From assembly GCA_902515605.1 (NCBI GenBank), contig CABXVQ010000001.1:1795-65794 (forward strand): a stretch of DNA of 64,000 nucleotides. Reading direction: 5' to 3'. The DNA comes from an uncultured Pelagibacteraceae bacterium (GTDB lineage: Bacteria; Pseudomonadota; Alphaproteobacteria; Pelagibacterales; Pelagibacteraceae). The stretch's first letter is position 1, and the number at the start of each line of letters is the position of its first letter. Made by a program: the position numbers and the translations under genes. Positions 9,538-17,241 of the stretch are shown one piece after another. The notes under the pieces are model-generated. The model was not told the DNA's origin. It worked only from the letters and a program-made list of their open reading frames with translations, and ran no database searches.

Positions 9538-9852
9538 ATGGGAATATTAGTTAAAGGTGAAATTACAATTACTAAAGGATTTAAAACGTGGAAAGAAATG
9601 GTTTATGCCCAGGACGAAAAATTAAAAGAACATGGAATAAAGTTTATTTTTGCTGGAACACAAAAAGATGATCCATCAAAACTTCATACAGTAATGCAAT
9701 TTCCGAACATGGAGGCACTCCAAGCTTTTAGGGATGATAAGCAACTTACTGAGAAAAGAAGGGAAGCTGGAGCTGTTATAGAAAGTGCGTTAATGATACC
9801 AATTTCAGATGAGTATCTTACTAACTATCCAGATACATATATTAAACACTAA
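9538..9852 (+). CDS. DUF3764-like ferredoxin-fold protein
   Basis: AAGGAGG RBS; F.TW.......KL.EHGIK.IF.G..KDDPSK......R.EAG.VIES pattern. Confidence 0.7.
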   Translation: MGILVKGEITITKGFKTWKEMVYAQDEKLKEHGIKFIFAGTQKDDPSKLHTVMQFPNMEALQAFRDDKQLTEKRREAGAVIESALMIPISDEYLTNYPDTYIKH

Positions 9853-9917
9853 GGGTTTAGGTTCTGATAAATTAAAATTAACAAATGGAAGCGATCTTTA
9901 ACAATGAAAGGGAATAA

Positions 9918-10238
9918 ATGTCTATATTAAAAAGATATACTGATGCAATTGATAAGAAAGATGAGGCAACAATGAATGAACTTTTGCATGATGGTTTTAA
10001 ATTTACAATGCATAAATCTGGAAATACCATAGGCAAGGCTGATGTTATAAAATGGGCAATGAGTGGTGATATTAATCAAGATAAAGCAAGAATAGTCTAT
10101 GAAAATGATCAAGTTGGAGTTCATCATTCAATAGTCACATTTAATGATGGAAATGTTGAAGCTGTAATGGCAGTTTACAAATATAAAGATGGAAAAATTA
10201 TTAGTTTAGAGACGGGTGCAACTAAACTTTCAAAATAG
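9918..10238 (+). CDS. NTF2/SnoaL-like fold protein
   Basis: Y.DAI...D.....ELLHD.F; C-terminal VYKYKDGKII..ETG. Confidence 0.75.
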   Translation: MSILKRYTDAIDKKDEATMNELLHDGFKFTMHKSGNTIGKADVIKWAMSGDINQDKARIVYENDQVGVHHSIVTFNDGNVEAVMAVYKYKDGKIISLETGATKLSK

Positions 10239-10242
10239 ATGA

Positions 10243-10464
10243 ATGTTTCCAAAAAAATACTCTAACTTTCTATTTATATTAGTCATGGGCTTTAGTATGA
10301 GCTTAATCATGACTTTAATTATTACTTATATTAATACTGGTATGGATAATGGATATCTGAATAGGTTTATGAAAGCATGGGTAGTTGGACTTCCTATCGC
10401 TATAGCAGCTGCATTTTTAGTTGGTCCTCTTGCAAAAAAGTTTGTAGATAAAATAACTAAATAA
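10243..10464 (+). CDS. DUF2798-like two-TM small membrane protein
   Basis: MS..MT.IIT..N.G......F..AW....PIA.....GP pattern. Confidence 0.7.
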   Translation: MFPKKYSNFLFILVMGFSMSLIMTLIITYINTGMDNGYLNRFMKAWVVGLPIAIAAAFLVGPLAKKFVDKITK

Positions 10465-10478
10465 TCATATTCTCTGTA

Positions 10479-10814
10479 ATGAGTGTTTTTTCAGGTTATA
10501 TGTTTTTAGGACTTGGTATCTTAACTGGTATTAGTGCTAATAGTTTTGCAAAAATTTCAGATGGATTTTCAAAACTAAACCCAACAATTGCATGTCTTGT
10601 ATTAATGTTTGTTTGTATGTTTTCTCTTTCAAAAGCAATGTCAGTAATCCCAGTTGGCTTTACTTATGCGACTTACGGAGGTTTAACAATAACTGCAATT
10701 GCTGTTTTTGGTTTGATTAAATACAATCAAATGCCAAACTTTTATGGAATATTAGGGATCTCGTTAATAATAATTGGAGTAATTATATTAAATACTTTTG
10801 GTAAAACTACTTAG
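10479..10814 (+). CDS. SMR/DMT family small transporter
   Basis: AKISDGFSK, LSKAM..IPVG.TYA, GISLIIIGVIILN. The usual TM1 Glu of SMR pumps appears to be absent. Confidence 0.8.
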   Translation: MSVFSGYMFLGLGILTGISANSFAKISDGFSKLNPTIACLVLMFVCMFSLSKAMSVIPVGFTYATYGGLTITAIAVFGLIKYNQMPNFYGILGISLIIIGVIILNTFGKTT

Positions 10815-11613
10815 CAACAGGTTTCAATAATTTCAAAATTTTATTTTGGATCTTTAAGTTAGCAGAAGAAACAATATTACCAGCTTTAATCGCATCTTTA
10901 TTATTCCAGGTACTTACCACACCACCGGCAGCTTTTATAATTGGAATTAAAGGATGAATATCCCATTTTTTATTTGCACATTGAATAACAACATCTACTT
11001 TTCCTTCTGCAAGGTGAGAATAACTAAGGGCATCTGCGCAGGGAAATTGCATTAACTTTAATATTTGAGGTATTTTTTTTTGTTTATTTAAAGATAACAT
11101 CCCATGAAAAGCAGCCGACATTTTAATATTTTTAAAAGAAGCTTTTTTATTAACTTTTATTTTCTTTCTTTTTCCATTTTCAACTACATGGGCTAACTTA
11201 TCCGACGAATTAAAGTAAAATTTTCTAAGTACTGGATAATTAGCTAAACCAACTACAGGCTTGCCTTTATAATTTAGAGAAACTAAATTGCTCCAAGTAG
11301 GATTTCCTATAACATAGGACCTGGTTCCATCAATTGGGTCAATTATCCAAGTGTATTCACTTTTAGTTTTTTTATATCCAAATTCTTCACCTATAACTTG
11401 ATGGTTTGGAAATTTCTTTTTAATCTCATTTCTAATAAATTTTTCAAACGCTTTATCTGAGGTTGTAACTGGGTCATATCCCCTGCCCTTTAGTTTATTT
11501 GAAACTTTGAAGGTTTTGTTCAATTTAGAGTAATAATAACTGGTTAATTTCCTTGCTAAATTTTCAAGGAATTTTGAGTAAATTTTATATTCTTTAGAAT
11601 TTAATATCGACAC
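10807..11613 (-). CDS. Inositol monophosphatase family, probably histidinol-phosphatase (HisN-like)
   Basis: DPVT..D, GEE, WIIDPIDGTRS, WDI motifs; GTG start. Confidence 0.8.
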   Translation of the reverse strand: MSILNSKEYKIYSKFLENLARKLTSYYYSKLNKTFKVSNKLKGRGYDPVTTSDKAFEKFIRNEIKKKFPNHQVIGEEFGYKKTKSEYTWIIDPIDGTRSYVIGNPTWSNLVSLNYKGKPVVGLANYPVLRKFYFNSSDKLAHVVENGKRKKIKVNKKASFKNIKMSAAFHGMLSLNKQKKIPQILKLMQFPCADALSYSHLAEGKVDVVIQCANKKWDIHPLIPIIKAAGGVVSTWNNKDAIKAGNIVSSANLKIQNKILKLLKPVAK

Positions 11614-11679
11614 ACAGGACTAATACTATTTAATTACTATTGATTAAAGCTAAATTTTAAATAATCATTTAAAATCTTT

Positions 11680-12780
11680 ATGAAAATTGAATTAAATGAA
11701 AATAAAGTTTTTTTAGAAAATAAAGGGTTAAAAAAAGAAATTCATCCATTTTGGCTTAGAGAAAGAATTGATGGAGATAAATACATAGATCAAATCACAC
11801 AACAAAGACTTTTCGATCCAACAGAACTGAAAAACAACATTAAAATCGATAAATTAAACTTATCTGATAATTTCTTGGAAGTTACATTTAACGATGGCAC
11901 TTACAATAAATTTAGTATCGAAAATATTTTAAAAGAGTTTTTAAACGACAGTTATAACCAAAATGTAGGTAAAGTTAAATGGGACTCTTCATTTAAAATC
12001 TCAAATAATTTTAATTTTGAAAAAAATATTTTTGAAAAGAAAAGTATGTATGAAGCTCTAATCCATTTTTATAAATATGGTTTTGTTATATTTAAAAAAG
12101 TACCTACAGAAAATAATTTCATTGTAAATTTCGCTAATTCAATTGGAAGTGTTAGAAGAACAAATTTTGGAGAATTTTTTAATGTTAAATCAAAACCCAA
12201 TCCAAATGATTTAGCATATACATCATTACCTCTAGCTCCTCATACAGACAATCCCTATAGAAATCCTGTACCATGTATTCAATTACTACATTGCATCGAG
12301 AACGAAGTTACAGGAGGTTTGTCTACTTTAGTTGATGGTTACAATGTAAGTGAAAGTCTTAAAAAGGATTATCCTGAATATTATAAAATTTTAACTGAAA
12401 CAAAAGTAAGATTTCAATTTATAGATCGAAGTGTCATTTTAGAAAATTGGTCAGAAATGATTGAACTTGATCAAAATGGAAATTTTAAACAAGTAAGATT
12501 CAGTCCTAGGCTCGATTTTGTTCCTTTAATAGATAAAGAAAAATTAGAATTATTTTATTTAGCAAGAAAAAAAATATCTGAGCTATATAATTCAGATAAA
12601 TTCCGTATTGAATTTAAATTAATTCCAGGTGATTTAATAATGATGGACAATCATAGACTTTTACATGGTCGAACTAGATACGATGCTAATGAGGGTAATA
12701 GATTCCTTCAGGGTTGTTATATTGATTACGATAGTACAGAAGGTAAATTAAAACACCTAAAGCGAGAGTTAAATATTTAA
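11680..12780 (+). CDS. Fe(II)/2-oxoglutarate dioxygenase of the gamma-butyrobetaine hydroxylase (TauD/GBBH) family
   Basis: N-terminal FWLRE...TQQRL domain; LAYT..L.PHTD, DNHRLLHGR, R.LQGCY. Confidence 0.85.
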   Translation: MKIELNENKVFLENKGLKKEIHPFWLRERIDGDKYIDQITQQRLFDPTELKNNIKIDKLNLSDNFLEVTFNDGTYNKFSIENILKEFLNDSYNQNVGKVKWDSSFKISNNFNFEKNIFEKKSMYEALIHFYKYGFVIFKKVPTENNFIVNFANSIGSVRRTNFGEFFNVKSKPNPNDLAYTSLPLAPHTDNPYRNPVPCIQLLHCIENEVTGGLSTLVDGYNVSESLKKDYPEYYKILTETKVRFQFIDRSVILENWSEMIELDQNGNFKQVRFSPRLDFVPLIDKEKLELFYLARKKISELYNSDKFRIEFKLIPGDLIMMDNHRLLHGRTRYDANEGNRFLQGCYIDYDSTEGKLKHLKRELNI

Positions 12781-12782
12781 AT

Positions 12783-12962
12783 TTATTTTTTAAAACAGTT
12801 ATTGACTAGTATTGCCATCAGTATCCAAATTACAAATGTTTCTCCATGTGTAAATGAATAGTCTGCACCAGCAAATCCTGCAACAATATTTATTCCATAA
12901 ATAATTATTGTAGAGATAATAAGACTAGAAATTAAATTAATTAATCCACTTATATATTTCAT
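12783..12962 (-). CDS. 59-aa two-TM membrane microprotein (not in the ORF track)
   Basis: Hand translation MKYISGLINLISSLIISTIIIYGINIVAGFAGADYSFTHGETFVIWILMAILVNNCFKK*; fills the gap between two genes. Confidence 0.65.
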   Translation of the reverse strand: MKYISGLINLISSLIISTIIIYGINIVAGFAGADYSFTHGETFVIWILMAILVNNCFKK

Positions 12963-13004
12963 AATTTAAATTTATATATATTTGTCTTTAATGCAATTCA
13001 AAAT

Positions 13005-13463
13005 TTAATGAGGGGCTCTAAATTTACTGTGACAAGCCTTACAATTACTCCACATAAATTTTTGTAAGCTAGCTCTAACATCATCACTAGACTCTATTAC
13101 TTTAGCTAGTTCAATCATGTCAGTAGAAGATTTTTTCATCAAACTATTAAACTCATCTTTATTTTCCCATATAGATGGTAAAGCTTCTGTTTTAAAACCT
13201 TCTTTTGTATTATCAGGAAAATATTCAAGTAAAGTTAAGTAATTCTCGCTCATTTCTTTCATTAAACTAGAGGCCTTAACAAAATCTCCTTTGGAAGCAA
13301 AAGTTTGAACTTTTTTAGCAGTGCTGTAATTTTTGCTAAATAAAGCTTTTCTTCCCTTAATTATTTCTTCAACTGATAATTCAGAATATGCAGGTAAAGT
13401 AATTGAGGTTAATGCAGCAATAAAGAAAATATATTTGAATATATTTATGCTATATTTTGACAT
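13005..13463 (-). CDS. Cytochrome c' / c556 (class II cytochrome c)
   Basis: Signal peptide, TEALPSIWE, C-terminal CKACH..FR. Start at 13463 or 13466. Confidence 0.9.
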   Translation of the reverse strand: MSKYSINIFKYIFFIAALTSITLPAYSELSVEEIIKGRKALFSKNYSTAKKVQTFASKGDFVKASSLMKEMSENYLTLLEYFPDNTKEGFKTEALPSIWENKDEFNSLMKKSSTDMIELAKVIESSDDVRASLQKFMWSNCKACHSKFRAPH

Positions 13464-13466
13464 CAT

Positions 13467-13994
13467 ATGAGGTTAGCAAATAACTTAACAGAATATGGGT
13501 TTATTTCCAAAGCATTTCATTGGGTAAGTGCCGCAGCATTAGTTGTTCAAATACCATTGGGTTTCTACTTAGTTGATCTTGATTTTAATGAAACAAGATT
13601 AACTATTGAGAGTATTCATGTTGTTGTTGGTCTTTCGATATTTTATTTAACTATATTGAGGTTAATCTATAAAATTTTCAATCCAACTCCATCTTTGGGT
13701 AACAGTATCTTTCCAGGACAAAGATTAATAGCAAAAATGAACCATGTATTTTTGTATATAACTATTTTGACTATTACTATTTCAGGTGCTTTAAAAAAAT
13801 TATTTAATGGTGAAATACTTGATTTATTTTTCTTTAATCTAGAAATTAAAGATAACTTCGAACTAGCAGAACTATTTTACGATATTCATATAATTGCAAA
13901 TTATTGTCTGATTACCTTAATCTCATTACATATTTTAGCAGTAATAGCACATAAAGTTTTATTTAAAGAAAACTTACTAAAAAGAATCTTATAA
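13467..13994 (+). CDS. Cytochrome b561 (YceJ/CybB-like)
   Basis: FHW, H...G, H..LY, H....H haem ligands in four TM helices. Confidence 0.88.
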   Translation: MRLANNLTEYGFISKAFHWVSAAALVVQIPLGFYLVDLDFNETRLTIESIHVVVGLSIFYLTILRLIYKIFNPTPSLGNSIFPGQRLIAKMNHVFLYITILTITISGALKKLFNGEILDLFFFNLEIKDNFELAELFYDIHIIANYCLITLISLHILAVIAHKVLFKENLLKRIL

Positions 13995-14699
13995 AACAAA
14001 GCAATCCAGTTTATCTCTAAATTGAATGTAATTTTTATATTTATGATTAATTTCCTCAATACCTTCTAAAATTTCTCTTTTAGATAATGGTAATAAAATT
14101 GAGATATACTTGTTCTCAATCATAGTAAGATATTTTTTTTTATTGATTTTAACTTTATAGATAAAGTTTTTTCTTTTTCGTTGAGGATAAAGTCTAGTGA
14201 TGAGTTTTAAAACTTTGTTATCTCTTTTAAGAGATTTATTGAGTCTTATTTTCATTTTTCTAAAGGTGGGTAATTCATTTTTTTTACCATCTAATGTTAA
14301 AATAAAAATTTTACCATTATGTTTCAAATTTTTCTTACAAAGAAATAATAATCTTTTTATTTTTTTAAAGGTTAACAAATGAATTGTTTGTTTAATCAAA
14401 ATTAAATCAAATTTTTTAGTATTAGTTAAAAAGAACGATGTAGCATCTGATTTTTTAAAATTAATCCTTTTATCTTTATCTTTGTGATTTATAATATCAA
14501 TACCAATTGGTTTACTTTTAAGTTTTAAACTTGATTTTATTGTTCCTAAAATTTTACCTCGACCACATCCAATATCTAATATTTCAGAATTTGGGTTTAA
14601 TTTTATATTTTTGAATAAAAATTTATTAAATGACTTAATGTAATCATTGGAAGAAAGCCAAGTTTTATTATCCCAGTTTTTAATGACAGTTGATGCCAA
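13989..14699 (-). CDS. Class I SAM-dependent methyltransferase
   Basis: ILDIGCGRG motif I, FDLIL...IH; TTG start. Confidence 0.85.
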   Translation of the reverse strand: MASTVIKNWDNKTWLSSNDYIKSFNKFLFKNIKLNPNSEILDIGCGRGKILGTIKSSLKLKSKPIGIDIINHKDKDKRINFKKSDATSFFLTNTKKFDLILIKQTIHLLTFKKIKRLLFLCKKNLKHNGKIFILTLDGKKNELPTFRKMKIRLNKSLKRDNKVLKLITRLYPQRKRKNFIYKVKINKKKYLTMIENKYISILLPLSKREILEGIEEINHKYKNYIQFRDKLDCFVL

Positions 14700-15117
14700 A
14701 TTTTTTAAGTCTCCAATAATTATAGGGCCATGGAGTTACAAAACCTACTCCAAGCATTAAAGGTATAACCCACCAAGTTAATATTGCTCCACCAGTTAAA
14801 AGATAATCAGTTAAATTCATCGCAATTTCCATACTTACCATAGCGATAAAGCTCATACCTAAAGCTGTTTTTAATGCATTATTAAAACTTATATTTTGTC
14901 TAAGTAAGATAAAAGTTTCAAGCATTACGCTAGTTATTAAACCATTTATTATTGCTAGAATCATTATTCCTAAAACTGGAAATGGTATTTCTGTTAATTG
15001 AAAAAATAAAATAGTACCAAAATCTCCTATGGCACATCCAAGCAAACACCATGCAGTATTTTTTGCACTTTGTTTCCAAGTATTTTTACAGGACCAGTCA
15101 AATGTAGTGGTTTCCAT
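14680..15117 (-). CDS. DUF4396-like membrane protein
   Basis: T..CLLGC.IGD, MS..AMVSME..MN, GF..P.PYNYW pattern. Confidence 0.7.
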   Translation of the reverse strand: METTTFDWSCKNTWKQSAKNTAWCLLGCAIGDFGTILFFQLTEIPFPVLGIMILAIINGLITSVMLETFILLRQNISFNNALKTALGMSFIAMVSMEIAMNLTDYLLTGGAILTWWVIPLMLGVGFVTPWPYNYWRLKKFGINCH

Positions 15118-15139
15118 GATTTTATGATAATATTTACTT

Positions 15140-15826
15140 ATGATTTTTAAACAAGTTTTTGATCAAAAATCCAGCACTTACACCTACATAATTGCCTCAG
15201 CAGAGGGAAGAGAAGCTTTAATCATTGATCCTGTTTTAGAAAATGTCGAGGACTACATAAAGTTACTTACTGAATTAAATTTAAAATTAGTAAAAGTAAT
15301 AGATACTCATATTCATGCTGATCATGTAACTGGTGCAGGTAAATTGAGAGACAAAACTCAATGTGTGACTATTATGGGAGAACATACACCAACAGATGCT
15401 GTTGAGATAAAAGTTAAAGATGAAGAAATAATCAAACTTGATCAATTAAAGATTAAAGCTCTTTATACTCCAGGCCATACTTCTGACAGTTTTAGTTTTT
15501 TAATGGATAATTATTTATTTTCAGGAGATACCTTGCTTATTAATGGTACCGGAAGAACAGATTTCCAAAATGGTAATTCAAAAGATGCTTATAACTCGTT
15601 ATTCAATAGACTTTTAAAACTACCTGACGAAACACTTGTCTACCCTGCACACGATTATAAGGGAGAAAAAGTTAGTAGTATTGGAAAAGAAAAAAAATTT
15701 AATCCAAGATTACAGGTTAATAATGTTGAAGAATATATTGAGATTATGAATAACCTAAATTTAAAGAAGCCTGCAGCAATAGATTTTAACGTTGCAAATA
15801 ATCTTAAATTAGGTGCTGAACTTTAA
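15140..15826 (+). CDS. ETHE1-like persulfide dioxygenase (metallo-beta-lactamase fold)
   Basis: SSTYTY, IDPVLE, DTHIHADHVTG, TPGHT, GRTDFQ.G, YPAHDY, NPRL. Confidence 0.88.
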   Translation: MIFKQVFDQKSSTYTYIIASAEGREALIIDPVLENVEDYIKLLTELNLKLVKVIDTHIHADHVTGAGKLRDKTQCVTIMGEHTPTDAVEIKVKDEEIIKLDQLKIKALYTPGHTSDSFSFLMDNYLFSGDTLLINGTGRTDFQNGNSKDAYNSLFNRLLKLPDETLVYPAHDYKGEKVSSIGKEKKFNPRLQVNNVEEYIEIMNNLNLKKPAAIDFNVANNLKLGAEL

Positions 15827-16212
15827 ATTGAAGATTTAATAGCCTCGTAAATTAAATCTTTAGTTGTCTCACCAACACTTCTGTAAATTTCTTTGTTATC
15901 CTTAAAAATTAAAAGTGTAGTTTGGTATTGTACTTTCAGTAAGTCAGCGATTTCTCTGTTAGTTACATCAAATGAAAAATATTCAATATTATCAAACTTA
16001 ATATCAGATAGTCCACCTTCATTTTTGGCTTGCTTGAGAATTTTCATCTGACCAGCACAAGATGAACAATATTTAATCCAAGAACTTACTACTACAAATT
16101 TACCCTCTGACTGTGCTTTATCAAACAACTCTTTATTAAAGGTTGTCTTTTTTTCCATCGCATTAGCAGTAAAAGCTATTAGACAAAAAATAAATATGTA
16201 AATTTTTTTCAT
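15823..16212 (-). CDS. Periplasmic thioredoxin-family protein
   Basis: Signal peptide (ANA-M), W..YCSSC, QTTLLIFK. Confidence 0.75.
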   Translation of the reverse strand: MKKIYIFIFCLIAFTANAMEKKTTFNKELFDKAQSEGKFVVVSSWIKYCSSCAGQMKILKQAKNEGGLSDIKFDNIEYFSFDVTNREIADLLKVQYQTTLLIFKDNKEIYRSVGETTKDLIYEAIKSSI

Positions 16213-16218
16213 AGGTTT

Positions 16219-16533
16219 TTATACAACAAAAATTAGAAACCAATAAGATGCTAATCCAGAAAAAATTGTCGCAATTATACTTCGAGATAATATCCCAATC
16301 ACCATTGCAATTATTGCTGCTAATATCTTTGGGTTTTCCTCTATTTGGAATAGTCCTATTTCATTTATAAAAATTGCAGGAAAAATAATAGCTGGGAATA
16401 TCGCAGATGGTACAAAAGATAATATCTCTCTTATCCTGTCATTAAACATTTCTTTTTTGATTAATGCTATCATTGTAAATCTAGTGAGATAAGTAATTAA
16501 TCCACAATATATAATTAAAGTCCAATTACTCAT
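16219..16533 (-). CDS. azlD: AzlD-like branched-chain amino acid exporter, small subunit
   Basis: GLITYLTRF, FVPSAIF.A; overlaps azlC. Confidence 0.85.
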   Translation of the reverse strand: MSNWTLIIYCGLITYLTRFTMIALIKKEMFNDRIREILSFVPSAIFPAIIFPAIFINEIGLFQIEENPKILAAIIAMVIGILSRSIIATIFSGLASYWFLIFVV

Positions 16534-17222
16534 TTTGTTTTAATGGTTTTGGTTAATATCATAGCAGTTAATAAACCAGCTAAAGCTGCAACTATTACAT
16601 AAGCTTTAAAAGGAATATAATTATAACCTAGAGTAGCTACTGTTCCCGAAATAATTATTACAATTACATTTATAAATTTTCTAAAATCATTAACTAATAA
16701 TGCTAAAAAAGTTAATGGAACAGCAAAACTTAGCCCCAACTTTTCAGGTATAGATGCACCTAAAATGATTCCTAATAATGTTGTTGATTGCCAGATAACC
16801 CAACAAGTTGCCCCACCACCAACTAGATGAAAATATCGATTTCTTTCTTTATTTTTCTTTAAATATTCATTGGATATTGCAAAAGCTTGATCAATTAAAA
16901 AGTAAGAAATTATAATTTTCCAAATTAATTTCAAATCTGATAAATGTTCAGAGACTACTGCTCCATAAAGTAAATGTCTTGAGTTTACAGCTCCAACTGA
17001 ACTAATGATAACTAAAGAAGAAGCACCGCCAGAAAATAATTGTAAAAGAACAATCTGGGAAGCGCCACCAAATACTATTAAAGACATTCCCATTGTTTCT
17101 AAAGGTGTAAATCCTATATCAATAGCAAGGACACCAAATATTAAACCAAATGGTACAACGGGTATCATCAATGGACTTACATCAACAATTCCTTTTAAGA
17201 ATATTTTAAAATTACTATTCAT
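16530..17222 (-). CDS. azlC: AzlC family permease
   Basis: PFGLIFG, MS..VFGGASQ, VNSRHLLYG. Confidence 0.88.
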   Translation of the reverse strand: MNSNFKIFLKGIVDVSPLMIPVVPFGLIFGVLAIDIGFTPLETMGMSLIVFGGASQIVLLQLFSGGASSLVIISSVGAVNSRHLLYGAVVSEHLSDLKLIWKIIISYFLIDQAFAISNEYLKKNKERNRYFHLVGGGATCWVIWQSTTLLGIILGASIPEKLGLSFAVPLTFLALLVNDFRKFINVIVIIISGTVATLGYNYIPFKAYVIVAALAGLLTAMILTKTIKTK

Positions 17223-17241
17223 TTCATTAAAAAGCTTTCTA

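Noticed and set aside
7265-10814. Integron cassette array or prophage remnant
   Set aside because: Most spacers are 4-34 bp (one is 65 bp), with no RYYYAAC...GTTRRRY attC structure, and there is no integrase or phage hallmark gene in the window.
11680-12780. TmpA phosphonate dioxygenase
   Set aside because: No adjacent HD-domain TmpB or phosphonate transporter.
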